Positions 1 to 14,099 of a DNA stretch of 64,000 nucleotides are shown here, one piece after another; position 1 is the stretch's first letter, and each line of letters begins with the position of its first letter. The notes under the pieces were generated by a model. It was not told the origin of the DNA. It was given only the letters and a program-made list of their open reading frames with translations, and did not search any database. Source of the stretch: Octopus vulgaris (taxonomy: Eukaryota); contig OX597828.1 in the NCBI GenBank assembly GCA_951406725.2, positions 29,450,001 to 29,514,000 of the forward strand, written 5' to 3'. The position numbers were made by a program, and so were the translations under genes.

Positions 1-11
1 TCCCGAGTCCT

Positions 12-95
12 TCAAAACATCACGTCCAGTCCGAATTTTTCTCTCAGTTCCTCAAGTCCTACTTTTACCGGTATCCTTTTCAGGCTAGCATCAGT
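12..95 (-). CDS. Candidate terminal coding exon of an unidentified gene (TDASLKRIPVKVGLEELREKFGLDVMF*)
   Basis: Minus-strand acceptor tttactcattttcag at 96-110, followed by 27 open phase-0 codons and TGA at 14-12; non-repetitive, protein-like composition; no homology recognised. Confidence 0.35.
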   Translation of the reverse strand, partial: TDASLKRIPVKVGLEELREKFGLDVMF

Positions 96-175
96 CTGAA
101 AATGAGTAAAGATAGCTTTTTTTTTCATTTTAATCTTAATGATTTCAAATTTTTGCAATAAGGGTGGCTTGGGGG

Positions 176-381
176 GAAGGGATTAAGTCGATCACATCGA
201 CCCCAGTGCGTAACTGGTACTTAGTTAATCAATCCCGAAAGGATGAAAGGCAAAGTCGACCTCAGCAGAATTTGAACTCAGAACGTAGCAGCTGACGAAA
301 TACCTATTTCTTTACTACCCACAAGGGGCTATAGACAGAGCTTTTCGCCTGGCGTGCTAATGATTCTACCATATTGCTGCC
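176..381 (-). mobile_element. Rearranged copy of SINE family B
   Basis: Contains the reverse complement of the family B core (ggatgaaaggcaaagtcgacctc...gaactcagaacgta) plus an internally placed tail fragment. Confidence 0.75.
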
Positions 382-564
382 TTATTTTAATCTTAATAAT
401 GTTTACTGTGAGTTACTCTGATATGAGTTTCGAGCTTTAAGTAGCCGTTTTTAAACTTTAATCTTGACTGTCCATAAAGGACAAAATAAAAAGGGGGACG
501 TTACAAAGACAAGCAATTGCGGGTGAAATCATATAACAATATGAAGATATATATAGTTAAGAAT

Positions 565-830
565 TTATGATAAATGTATATAAAAAACGAACGAGTCAAC
601 AAATATGGAGTGAGGGACACAGCACGTTCCAACACTAACCCCTTTGGTTTCACTTTTTGATCTCTCCTGATTCGGTTCGTTCACTCTTAACATGCTCGCC
701 ACGTTCTTCCATCTTTTCCCGAATACTCTAGATGGAAAGCATCTCTTCTTCGGCCTTATTTTCCTTTTAAGGTGGAAAACGAAACAGTTGACCAACCCAA
801 GGCTGGAGATGAAGATGCCCGCCCGCACAC
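565..830 (-). mobile_element. Decayed 3' end of a Tx1/L1-like LINE ORF2
   Basis: LVNCFVFHLKRKIR...FGKRWKNVASM aligns by eye with [14 protein letters not shown]...FKKRCVNVARM at 37.0-37.2 kb. Confidence 0.55.
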
Positions 831-1459
831 ATACAGACACACATATGGTCGAGTTTAATAAATATATTACTAGGCAGTGTATAATAATTCACATTGTGGT
901 AAACTCACAAATTTCTCTGCTTCATTCGAAAGGATCGATTAGATTCGAGTTTTGTTAAAACCATAGTAAGGATTCTATTACTTTTCCTTTGACTGCCAAG
1001 AAATCGTAGTAATCATTGCCTTGTTGAAGCTAGGCCCGACCTTATTTACACAGCGGTACAAAGTAGGCCTCACATATTTATTAGCTGGCACCAACGCAAC
1101 TTATTTGTGATTACATTTTAAAACATGGTTAAATGTTTAGAAAAACAGCGTAATGATCTCTACGGTCTCTTGGCTATCAAATGACAGTAAGAGAAAACCT
1201 ACGATGGCTTTAACGAAAGCTGAACTTAATTGTTTGGCCGACTCGATTTTTCTCCCCGGTTACTGAGAGGACTGTAGTTTATCCACAGTGTCTTATTCAT
1301 GGCGAAAGACTAAAAATATGTTTATCAAATAAATAGTTTTAACATTGATTATGAATTTGATTCCAAATACGATGTTTTGGTGGACTAATTACTACATACA
1401 TACATGCATACATGCACGCACGTGCACATACATACATGCACCACGCCCCTCCCCACATA

Positions 1460-2060
<601 letters not shown>

Positions 2061-4019
2061 GGAAAGGAAGAAGGAAATCTATGGTGTGTTATTAATATCT
2101 CCGCAAACCGAGTTTGCAGCATGGTTTATATTCCTAGTCAGTTGGAACTGCGTTTTCTTGCATCACTAACGACCTTGTAATACAAGACCGTCATAGATTT
2201 TCCCCCACTTCCTTCACTATAAACATTAATGCTTTTACGACTATATACAAACATTGGCTGGTATTGTATATATTTTTTCTATCGAACAAGATGGACGTGG
2301 CTTTTGAATACGTTTTTGCTTCGTCTTCATCGCTAATACAGTTGAAAAAAAACATGAACGTCAATCTGTAGTTTTCCCTCTCCAAATTATATTAGTTTTA
2401 TTTTCCTACTGGTTACATTATCGTGTCTTGCAAAATACAATCACAACAGCAAATCACAAATATATTAATGCTTTACACAGTAAAGTCTGTGGAGTTCTAT
2501 CGAGCTTCGTCTGCTGTGAAGTGAAGAGAATACTGTTGCTACGTACTGCACTTTTGCCCTTCAAACGGACTTGTCCCAGATCTCGAAATTCACCATCTAT
2601 GTTCTGCCCATAGAAACCACTACTAGTTTCTCTAGGCCTTCTTTTCCTTTGTACTTGATATTTCACACATTATTATTTCGATATATTTTGGCTGATAAAG
2701 ATTGCTACGTATGTAATGACTTGCTTGAACACTTTAACTGCTAATACTGTTGTAAATCCATAGAGCAGGTATCTAAATTCTGTGTTTGCCGCAAATAACT
2801 AGGTATGAGTCATTTTGGCGCCGCCTTTTTGGCGTTGCTGTTTCGACGCTGACTTATTTGACATCAGACGTTTCATTGTTTTTCTCATTCTCTCTCCCTC
2901 CTCTCTCGCACTGTCTTTCAGTTTATGCGTTAGAGAATCTAGCTATGTTTGTATATGCATATGTTATGCACAAGGTTTCTCACCCTTGCCCCTCTCCTTC
3001 TCTTTCCCTCACGCTATTTGCATGTGTACATTTCTGCTCACGCGTACTTGCGTGTGTATGTATGTATGTTATGTATGTATGTTATGTACGTATGTGTGTA
3101 TGTTATGTTATGTATGTGTGTGTATGTGCGTGCGTGTGCGTATGCATGGCCGCGTGGTTACCTTTAGGGCGAAAGTGCCGTCGATAAAACCGGTTCAATG
3201 TCCAGTTAGCCGTGCAAAATCGGCTGCATCCAAATAGCTATGCCCAATCGTCTCATTTCGACAATAACTACATAATAGAAACCGTTGTAAAATTGCGGTT
3301 TTCATTGCTTTTGCACCACCTCGGATCGAAGCGTTTATAACTAAGTGTACCCAGTAGTTGTGAAGTAACTCGGATATGCATAACAATACGCTTGTTTCAA
3401 GTCAAGGATATTCGCGAATTATGTCAAAATGTGTTCGATACATACTGTCGGATATATGGTTTATGAAACCATATAACCTTAGATAAACTTAGATATGTTT
3501 CGACCAAAGATTGGTCCAGGCCATGGCTGTCTATGTATCAATCGATCTATTTATCTATCTATTTATAAGCACCTTTTCTTTTATTCTTTTATATGTTTCA
3601 GCTCTGAGGCTGTGGCCATGCTAGGGCACCGCCATTATTACGAATAATATCTAAATGCTGTTATATTATCAATAGATTATCCTTCATATAATTTCTTTTG
3701 CTTTTATATTTATTTTAGATCTGGATTAAGTCTTTGCACTACGAAGCACAGGAAGAAAGAGAATTCCAATTTATAATTTCCATAGACATATAATTGACTC
3801 AATTTGGGGCTGCCATACCAAAGTACGTAATAACGTCAGGTAAGCTTCGCTTCATTCTTTAACTTTGACTTGTAATACAAATTTTACTGCTTATATCTGT
3901 TCATCCATAAACAGCTCTTTGTCTCTGCAATATTCCTTAATTTTTCTTAACTAGAGAAATTTGGCAAGGTGAAACAAGACTGCTTTTAGGACCCGGAGTA
4001 GGCGGTGATCCTTTCAAAA

Positions 4020-4259
4020 GATTACGAAGGCGGCGAGCTGGCAGAAACGTTAGCACGCCGGGCGAAAAGCTCAGCAGTATTTCGTCTGCCGTTACGTTCT
4101 GAGTTCAAATTCCGCCCAGGTCGACTTTGCCTTTCATCCTTTCGGGGTCGATTAAATAAGTACCAGTTACGCACTGGGGTCGATATAATCGATTAAATCC
4201 GTTTGTCTGTCCTTGTTTGTCCCTTCTGTGTTTAGCCCCTTGAGGGTAGTAAAGAAATA
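4020..4259 (+). mobile_element. Full-length tRNA-derived SINE family B with 16-bp target-site duplication
   Basis: Head ggcggcgagctggcagaa (A-box-like), gagttcaaattcc (B-box-like), core gcctttcatcctttcggggtcgat, tail gtagtaaagaaata; TSD ggtgatcctttcaaaa (4004-4019) / ggtaatcctttcaaaa (4260-4275). Confidence 0.9.
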
Positions 4260-5202
4260 GGTAATCCTTTCAAAATTCAAGAGCGTGAAGCTTTTATTAG
4301 GGATGGCCCAGCAGAGTTACGGGCTCCTCCTTGGCTTTTTAGGTCTCGAATCGGTATATCGACTGAATCTTCTGTGATAGGCCATGCACAGAGGCAATAT
4401 CGTAAAATAGCTAAAACATTGGACTGCCTCTTTAGGGGTTGGAAGTTCAAGCCTGCTGTTTGTGTTTTGGTGTGTATCCGAACAGAAACACGTTAATTTA
4501 CATTACCTAGGTTCGCTCCGCTGTCAAAGGTAACATGTTTACCTGACAATGTTCATTTTCAAATCAGAATCGACCAATTGTCTCCTTTCACACTACCATT
4601 GGCTTCAAATTATGGAGTTGTTAACGATCTGTATATGATGGCTAGTGTTGCGCACAACGTGGTACCCTATAGATTTCTTTGCATAGCTATAAGTCTCCTA
4701 TGTTGCCCTGCACGTGGGTCACATAACTGCATTGCTTCAGTCTGAAGAAATGCTTTGGTTACAACGTCTCATCTGCCTTTACCATTCTCGTGGAGTAGTC
4801 ATTCTCTCCGTATCTGTCCGAGTCCAAACCTTGTGTTTAAAAGTCAATGTTCCCACTTATTTCTCTCTCCACCGCTACACAAAATTGTGACTGGATCTAC
4901 CGTCGGTTACCACGATGTCAATTTCGGGAGTATAGTTAATAGGATTAGCAATTTATTGAATTACATTGTAAGTGGTGGAGTATTCCTCAGCTAATCGTTC
5001 CTTTATTGCAAAAGTGAAATAAATCTTGCACAGTGTGTGCCACGGGTTAGGTTTTTCAATTGCAGATCTAGTGTGTTAGATGAGCTTCCTCACGGTTTTC
5101 GCCTATACTCTTTCTTCCACAAGGTCGAGGATCCACCCTAAGCTATGGTAGAAGGCATGTACGAAATGGAATCGAATCGAAAATCTCAATTGCGAAGCAA
5201 AC

Positions 5203-5704
5203 CTCTTAACTAATCGGCTGTCACTTACCTCTTAATCTCTTAACTAATTGGCTGTCTCTTACCTCTTAATCTCTTAATCGGTCGTCTCTCATCTTTTAAT
5301 CTCTTAACTAATCGGCTGTCTCTTACATCTTAATCTCTTAACTAATTTGCTGTCTCTTACCTCTTAATCTCTTAAGTAATCGGCTGTCTCTCACCTATTA
5401 ATCTCTTAACTAATGGGCTATCTCTTATTTCTTAATCTCTTAACTAATCGGTTGTCTCTTACCTCTTAATCTCTTAACTAATCGGTTGTCTCTCACCTCT
5501 TAATTTCTTAACTAATCGGTTGTCTCTCATCTTTTAATCTCTTAACTAGTCGGCTGTCTCTCACCTATTAATCTCTTAACTAATCGGTTGTCTCTCACCT
5601 CTTAATCTCTTAACTAATCGGTTGTCTCTCACCTCTTAATCTCTTAACTAATCGGTTATCTCTCACCTCTTAATCTCTTAACTAATCGGTTGTCTCTTAC
5701 CTCT
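5203..5704. repeat. 34-bp minisatellite, about 15 copies
   Basis: Unit ctcttaactaatcgg(c/t)tgtctct(t/c)acctcttaat with period 34 (e.g. 5211 to 5245). Confidence 0.95.
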
Positions 5705-6909
5705 TTATATAAATACAAACTAATTCTAACGGGATTCTATACAGTTTCCGTGTAATGAATTTCACTCACAAGTTAGGGGTCTACCCCAAGCTATAGAAAC
5801 TGACTATTGCACATGAAGCCGTGCAATGGGTTTGAACGCAAGACCTCGTGATTATGTAGCGAATTTCTTGACCATACTGCACCTACATATTAATTCACCT
5901 GGACACACAAACACGATGGCTTTCTATAATCTCTCTCTCTCATCTCCGTAGATTTACTTATTTATCTTCTAACCAGTGTAATCACTTCACCGTACTCCTC
6001 CATTAGCACAATCAATTATGCTCTTTACTCAATAAGTCTTCATTCAACTGGTGATTCGAAGCTTATGTCAATTTATAAATTAGAGTTTAAACACCAAATT
6101 AGGTTCCGTTAATTTCCAATCCATCATCGTCGTCTCCTCTCAGAAACAAACAGACAAATAAACAGTTATTTAACTTCTTGAAATATATAACGTTTCCAAT
6201 ATTTGCTGCTTATATTATATTCTAATTGGAAATTTGTGCATACGCGATGTTATAAAACTGAATAGGAAAATAATATATGATTTCTTTTGCGTACAAATAG
6301 CAAATGTAAAATGTGGGAAAATATAATGGTAACGTTATTTAGAAAAGCGACAAGCTGTAGTTGTAGGCGCGTAATCATTCGGATAGTCTTTAAGAAAGGA
6401 TTTACGTTCCTTCCACGCTAATGTTTAAAATGGCCATTTATCACGTCATCGCATTTCAGCCAATATTTATTACGTAAGAGTTATGGGAAAATAAAATAAC
6501 CGCCGATAACATTACTGACGTAGTTAAGATATAAAACACACATGTACCCAATAATCATGACTTTAAATGCAGGCGGCGTATGTTTGCGTGTGTTCTAAAC
6601 AAATGTTATGGTTTATAGTGTTTGTTGTGTTCGTCTCATTTGAAAATTAAGCATGTCATTGGTTGATATTTAAACAAGCGAAGGAGAAATATCAAATGCG
6701 AATGAGATTAAATTGCCAGAAAATCTAATTGATTTAAATGCAGATAGTTTACTATAATAAAATACATTAAATATATTATAATGGAAATCCGAAAGCATTA
6801 ATTTTCTTCACACAGATGCCTTCATTTCATTTATTCTATTTGGAAACGCATGAACATCATAACATCCAGTACTAATGTAATGTGTCAATAAAAGAGAATT
6901 GACGTCTCA

Positions 6910-7289
6910 TCTCTCTATATAAACGGCAGTTTGTCTGTGCGTGTTTCTGTGTGTCTGTTTGCTTGTACCCTCACCCTGACCACGGCTTTCAACCGATTCT
7001 GATGAAACTTGACACACACATAGCCCAATGTCATAATTCAAAACTAACGCAGCGAAAATTTTGAAAAGTTCCCCCAGTTCTGAAAAAAATCGATAAATTC
7101 GACATGGGGTCGAGAATGAGAAACCCAAACCGCAAACTGTCTAGGGGACGCAACTCCACCTTTTTTAACTAAAAAAAAATTTACCATCATTTTTTTCCAT
7201 TTTTTTGCTATTTTTTGGCTATAACTCTCTAAAAATGCTTTATAGTTATTTCCCTTACAAACCTGAGCAACGCCGGGCGATACTGCTAG
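6910..7289 (+). mobile_element. Non-autonomous Helitron
   Basis: 5' TC after A, 3' GC-rich hairpin-like cctgagcaacgccggg followed by CTAG and a T (A|T insertion site); 3' ~120 bp shared with 57457-57855. Confidence 0.8.
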
Positions 7290-7778
7290 TTTAACATAAA
7301 AGGTTTCTTTTTTTTTCTACAAAAGTGATCTCCATCATTAAAACGCCCAAAATATATAATTGCAAAAATATTTATAATGCAGAAGTTATGGGAAAATAAA
7401 ACAGTTGTATCCAAAATTAATGAGGTATTAAAGCGTAAAACACGTGACCTGACGACCAAGACTTCAAACTGCAAGTGGCGTGTTTGCATACACTCTAGTC
7501 AACTAATGTCCTTTCAGGAAGGCATCTACGTGTGTGTGCGTGTGCGTGTGTGTGTGTGGTATCTACAGATACCATACACACACACAGACACACACACGCG
7601 CACACAGGCACACACAAACATATGTACACACAAATATACATACATACATACATATATACATGCATGCATACATACAGATGTCTGTAAATATACGTGCATG
7701 TGCATGTGTTTGTATACGTTTATATATATCTATATGTATATACATGTATATACATATATTTGTATATATATATATATA

Positions 7779-7936
7779 GGTGTAGGAGTGGCTGTGTGGT
7801 AAGTAACTTACTTACGAACCACATGATTCCGGATTCAGTCCCACTGCGTGGTACCTTGGGCAAGTGTCTTCTACTATAGCCCCGGGTCGACCAAAGCCTT
7901 GTGAGTGCAGGTGGAAGCCGGAAACTGAAAGAAGCC
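7779..7936 (+). mobile_element. SINE family A, 5' half
   Basis: ggagtggctgtgtggtaag head, ggattcagtccc B-box-like motif, ccttgggcaagtgtctt core. Confidence 0.85.
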
Positions 7937-8100
7937 CTGGAAAATTGGGCGAAAACTGCCTGGAAAGTTCCAAGCATTTTCTAACTTCTTGGAAAATTGA
8001 TCAAAAACTTCCTGGAAAGTTCCATGGATTTCCCAACTTCCTGGGAAATTGGTCGAAAACTTCCTGGAAAATTCCAAGGATTTCCTATCTTCCTGGAAAA
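7936..8100. repeat. 52-bp tandem repeat, about 3.2 copies, rich in TTCCTGGAA and GGAAAGTTCC motifs
   Basis: GGAAA(G/A)TTCC recurs at 7962, 8014 and 8066 (period 52). Confidence 0.85.
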
Positions 8101-9013
8101 TAATTCGTGTAAGATATTTTTGTGAATAGGGGCGTTTTCAATTTTCGAGTTTTATTAGAGTTACTTCCCTTAGTTTATTTACTCTGTGTAGCTCGTTTTA
8201 GGATTTCATTAACTGTTGTAAGAATTTTATCTTGAGTCGTATTCCAACACGGCTTAAAAATAATTCCAGAGAAAGATGTCTTCAAAACTGAAGTAAATAA
8301 ATAGATAGAATCAATAATAAATAATACAGTATAAAAATAAATCAAAAACTTAGTCATCCGAATTTGTTCTTTATTCTTCATTTTAAATTTTTGTTTTAAA
8401 AGCTAAAATTACTGAGATTTCAGGACCGGCAGGTTATTAAAGGCAGATAACTTGCCATGAACAAGAGATCTGAAAGTGATCTTATTATACGAGATAGCTT
8501 ATGTAAATGTAGTAATCGATACATTCTAGCGATTAATAAATATCGATTTCCTTACACCAAGTTCAAGGACATTTTCCCTAGGAAAGTCTATAAAACAGAT
8601 TTAATGAATTCTATTATATTAGCGATGCTTGTCTATTAAGATCACTATAACTTCTCAGCTGCTCTGTTTCCTTTATGTAATCCCTGTCCCACGAGGCCTA
8701 ACTACAATTAAAGCAAGGTTCAAAGACGAATTAACAATTGCAAATACCAGAAATACGACGTGAACATTTCCAAAATGAAACTTCAATAACGTGTCAACGA
8801 TGATAACACTAAATATATCGGTGATATTTATGTCTTTCAGTGATTTGGGATAAAATGAGATTTCGGGTAAGATGGCAGGGGCAAAAGTGCACCCTGGAAG
8901 ACATTTATATTAGGTTTCACCAGCTGCTGACAATATGTGACTAGTAATATGAATGTGTGTATGTGTGTGTGCGCGTGCGTGCGTACATAGTATATATGTA
9001 TATATATATACAA

Positions 9014-9244
9014 GGCGGAGAGCTGGCAGAAACGTTAGCACGCCGGGCGAAATGCGTACCCGTATTTCGTCTGTCGTTACGTTCCGAGTTCAAATTCCGC
9101 CGAGGTCGACTTTGCCTTTCATCCTTTCGGGGTCGATAAATTAAGTACCAGTTACGCACTGGGGTCGATATAATAGACTTAATCCCTTTGTCTGTCCTTG
9201 TTTGTCCCCTCAGTGTTTAGCCCCTTGTGGGTAGTAAAGAAATA
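9014..9244 (+). mobile_element. SINE family B, full length
   Basis: Near-identical to 4028-4259 and 38323-38554; inserted in a (TA)n tract. Confidence 0.9.
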
Positions 9245-9272
9245 TATGTATATATATACATGTGTGTGTGAA

Positions 9273-9600
9273 GGCGCATGGCTCAGTGGTTAGAGCATCG
9301 AGCTTACGATCATGAATTTATGAGTTCGATTCCCAGACCGGGCTGTGTGTTGTGTTCTTGAACTAGACACTTTATTTCACGTTGCTCCAGTTCACTCAGC
9401 TGTAGAAATGAGTTGCTACGTCACAGGTACCAAACTGTATTGGTCTTTGCCTTTCCCTTGGATAGCATCAGTGGTGTGGAGAGGGGAGGCCGGTATGCAT
9501 GGGCGACTGCTGGTCTTCCATAAACGACCTTGCCCGGACTTGTGCCTGGGAGGGTAACTTTCTAGGTGCAATACCATGGTCATTCTTGACCGAAAGTGGT
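9273..9600 (+). mobile_element. tRNA-derived SINE family D
   Basis: ggcgcatggctcagtggttagagc (A box), gagttcgattccc (B box), then gtgttcttga..agacacttt core and a distinct tail. Confidence 0.8.
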
Positions 9601-9608
9601 CTCCTCTT

Positions 9609-9684
<76 letters not shown>

Positions 9685-9731
9685 CATACATACATATACA
9701 TACAGAGAGAGAGAGTGTGTGCGTGAGAGGG

Positions 9732-9812
<81 letters not shown>

Positions 9813-10594
9813 AGTTCCGAACTCAGCGATTCGGCCAAAGAGAACGGTAAAATAAGTACCAAATATTTTTATGGAAAAAAAAATCTCAAGTACTGGAGTT
9901 CATTTATTCGTCTAGAATCGTTCTAGGCAGTGCCCCAGCATGGTCGCACTCCAATGAATAAGAAAACTAAAATATAAAAAGAATGTAGAACTTGAAAATT
10001 TGTTTTAAGCTGAAATAACATTGCTTAATGTTTATTAGATTCACGTTTTACCGATAGCACACGCCACGCATGCGCACACACTCATGCACGCGCACACGCA
10101 CACACATACACACCAAACACATATAGTCACACACACATATAAGGTGGTGGACTAGAATAATCCGTAGAGCATCACACAATACGACTTGTGGCATTTCGTG
10201 ATGTTTCTGTACTTTCTGAGTCCAGATTCTATCGAGTTAATCTTTGATTCATACCCTTCGAGAGTTGATAAAACAAGTTCTCGCAACATAATGAGGATCG
10301 ATATAATACGCTGCAGCCTTTGACACAGAAATATATGGCATTGTGCTAATGTTAGAAATTAATGCTTCACGTATTTTCAAATAATATATAATTCCATGGT
10401 TTCGTTCCTCAGTAATTACTAGTAGTTCTCTCATTTTGCCGAAGGTCACCATGCCGTCATAGTAATTTCTTTTCAAACCTAATATGGTCAAGACTTACAT
10501 GACTCTTTCACATTGCACATACATACATACATACATACACAAACACATATGCTTATGTATATGTATATACGTATGTATTATAGTCATACATACA

Positions 10595-10680
<86 letters not shown>

Positions 10681-10936
10681 AGTCCAAGGTAGAGAGGCAT
10701 AGGTACTGATGATCGTGACGTTCAGACCTTTGGAGAGAGCGAGTTGCAGCGTGATGAGAACTTTATGCTGTCTCCAACAAGACGAAACATTGCCATTTGA
10801 TTTGCAATGGAGGTCTTAACAACGAAGGCCACTCCACGAGTTCTATGGTTGCCATCTAACACTAACACACACACACACATATCGAAGAGGGAGAGTGGGA
10901 TGAAAAAGATAGCGTATGTGTACATATGTATGTATG

Positions 10937-10968
<32 letters not shown>

Positions 10969-12822
10969 TGTATGTATGTATGTATGTATGTATGCATGTA
11001 TGTATTTATATGAATATATGTCTATTATTATGTGTGGATGCGCGTGTCTGTATGTATTAATTTACATATAGGTTTATTGGTATTTAGCCAACACAAATTC
11101 CCATAGAATAGAATAAGTTCAAAGCAAGCTATCATATTTCAGTAGGTGGATGAAATATGTAGAAAAGAAAGGAAAAGAAAAAGAACAACACTGATACCGC
11201 TTATGGATTTCCCGAATTTAACGAGAAAAATCGATGAAAAAACTTTTAGTAAATAAAATATTACTTTACTGTTTAAGAAAGCGGTTTCCAAAATATACAT
11301 TTCTACCTGTTTGGCAAGACAAGCTCAAAATATTTTATTTTAGCACACATCTATTACACTCGTTTTCCTTGAATAAGTTTTAACTCCCTATATTTCAACA
11401 GCAATTATTCAAGATTTTTAGGACACTGATCTAATTTTACGAGTTTTATTAAAACAATACAAATAAATGATAAAAATTAGGAGAAAAATACGAATAAATT
11501 ACAATGTCATACAAAATAAATTATGAAGGAATGCAAGATAGAAACACTATAAAAGTCTCACTTATGATAATATTAATAATAACAAGTACAGCAGAAAAAC
11601 CTGTTATGTAATATTTATCTCTTATTCTAAAGCTATTTTTTTGTGCTTCTTGCTTATCCTTATGAATTCTTCAGCAGACTTTCTCACAGTAATAATAAAT
11701 TTATAAAATAGGCGCCATAAAATATTTAGGCCTTAATATAAACCAACTTAGACATAGGCCGCCTGCCACTTATATTCTTTTGGCATTTTCATAGATTTCT
11801 TTGCACAAACTTTATCAAAATTTTATGCCATTGTTCTTGAATCATCGTTTTAATGATAAATTCGGTTTATTATTTTCTAATCCATTGTCTCCGTTAAATT
11901 ATAAATACTAAAAAATAATCATACAAATACAACACGCGTGTAACACCCACCCACACACAGTCTCATGCAGACATCCCTCCTCTCTCTATACACATAAACG
12001 CACAATCAACTATAACTAATTGTTAGTTAATATCTACCCCAATAAATCTTGTAAACCACAAAACAATTTCGCAACCCGACTCTGATAAAAAACTAAACTC
12101 TTGGTCTAGGTCCAAGTAAATATAAGACCGTGTTTAACCTTAGTATAAAAATAAGAGGCAAGAGAAGCAATTGTATTAGACCTTGGGCCCTACCAGAAGA
12201 TACAAGAATCCTAAGAAACTAGAACTGCAATCAGGGTTAACATTGATATACTGAAGAACTTAAGACTACACAAAAGGATGAACCAAAAATGGGAATATAC
12301 AAACATCTACTTAAACATTACAGTAACAATAATATATAAATAAACATAGACATCCCATCATCAGCTGCTGTACTGGAAATCATTACGGTTTCGACATCAT
12401 GCGGTACCTTTTAACTCGACGGTGTATACAACGTTAAAAATGTTTAAACGCTGTCTAGAAATAACAAAACCTAACAAACAACGATTATAGTTGTTGACCA
12501 AAGTTCAAACAAATGTCTGCTTAACAAGAAGTCTAGATTCCCAATTATGCTGTGCGCATATTTATTAATACATAGTGATTGAACTTATATTTGTACAAGA
12601 GTTTCAAGATACCAGCATATTTGCATATTTTCATAATTAATAGCTTTGATACCTTTGAAATAGCGTATTGAAACACGCGCAATTGCCAGACGTATAATTA
12701 TATAATTATACATACATACATACATACATACATACATACATACATACATACATACATACATACATACATACATACATACATAAATAAATAATACATAGAT
12801 ATATATACATACAAGAAGAGAA

Positions 12823-12856
<34 letters not shown>

Positions 12857-13328
12857 TTACAGAGTACTCATACAGTAAATGTTGTTCACCCATTTGAAGC
12901 GTGTAACATCATCACATACTGATGACGAGTGTGTAGACAGTAAAAACAAGAGATTCTGACCAGAAATAGCCATTGGGAACACTGATGCGTTTAAAGACAG
13001 TTGACTTCAAAGTTCAAATCTCGCCGAGGTCAAATTTGCCTTTCATCCTTCCGAGAATGATAAATTAAGTACAGTCAAATATTGGCTTCGATATAATCGA
13101 TTGTTCCCCACATCTGAAATTTCATACTATTTACTGGCAAAATCGATGTAATGGCGATGAAATGCCAATTCGGTGGTTACGTACGTTTATGTCCTGTCTT
13201 CATATCTTACCAAGATCAGCTTTCTCATTCATCCTTCCAGCATCGATGTACCATGTGAGTATTATAAGCTATATTACAAGCTATACTCATAGTCTCGTGC
13301 CAATGCTGGTAGTCTATATCCGTACAAT

Positions 13329-13747
13329 CTATTCAGTTGTCAGGTATTTCGTGAGTTTTTCTCCAATTATTTTAATCCTCGTTTGTAACAAATCAATCAG
13401 TGGTATATTCTCCTTCACTGATCCCAACTTCTTGTCAAAGTTTTTCTTGCCTGTCCATGCGTTGACCGTGGAAATCACCGGATCTGGACTCGAACTATTA
13501 GCATTAATCGAACCATGTTTACAGCTCCAAGTTGGTGAGGGACCAAAATAAAAAAAAAGAAGAGAATACGAAGGTGTTATACCAGGAGAATACGATGGAT
13601 GCAGTGAAACTTCCCAACCGAACTCTTGTGTGTGTGGTGGCGGTGGTGGTGGTGGTGGGCAGCGCTAGCGTTGTTTTATTGCAGAAGCTCGTCGTGTGGC
13701 CGATTGGGTCGTTTCAGCAGGGTTACCCCGTTGAGCAGGTGCATTTG
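13329..13747 (-). other. Candidate exon: acceptor, 27 codons, single in-frame TAG, then 111 further open codons
   Basis: Acceptor ggttttctaacag at 13748-13760; phase-1 frame xNAPAQRGNPAETTQSATRRASAIKQR*RCPPPPPPPPHTQ...KIIGEKLTKYLTTE*; locally higher GC. Confidence 0.25.
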
Positions 13748-14099
13748 CTGTTAGAAAACCTTCCTTAATTCACATCCTGTCGTCTAATAAAAAGGATATT
13801 TTAGGGCACGGTCTAGCGAGATTTTTTGACGTTAATGTCTTTTATAAAAGGTATTTTTCTCATTTCATTTATCTTTCTTGGGCCCTAGGACTCATAGGGC
13901 CGGTTAGTCGGTTTCCATGACAATATAAGTGACCGAGATCACAACATTCCCCTGGACGGAACGAAGGTCTGTTGCAGGGTTCAGGGTCAGCGTTTTTGAG
14001 GTGGGTAGGGGACAAAACAATTATATCAAACCCTCTACTTGACTGGTACTTTGTTTCAGTGGTTCACAAACTTTTTCGGGATGCCACCCCCTTGACACA

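Noticed and set aside
3719-3839. Plus-strand segment with good acceptor and GTAAGC donor
   Set aside because: Stops in all three frames and no partner exons identified; it could only be non-coding
5203-5704. 34-bp periodic array resembling CRISPR
   Set aside because: No unique spacers, contiguous units, eukaryotic context and no cas genes
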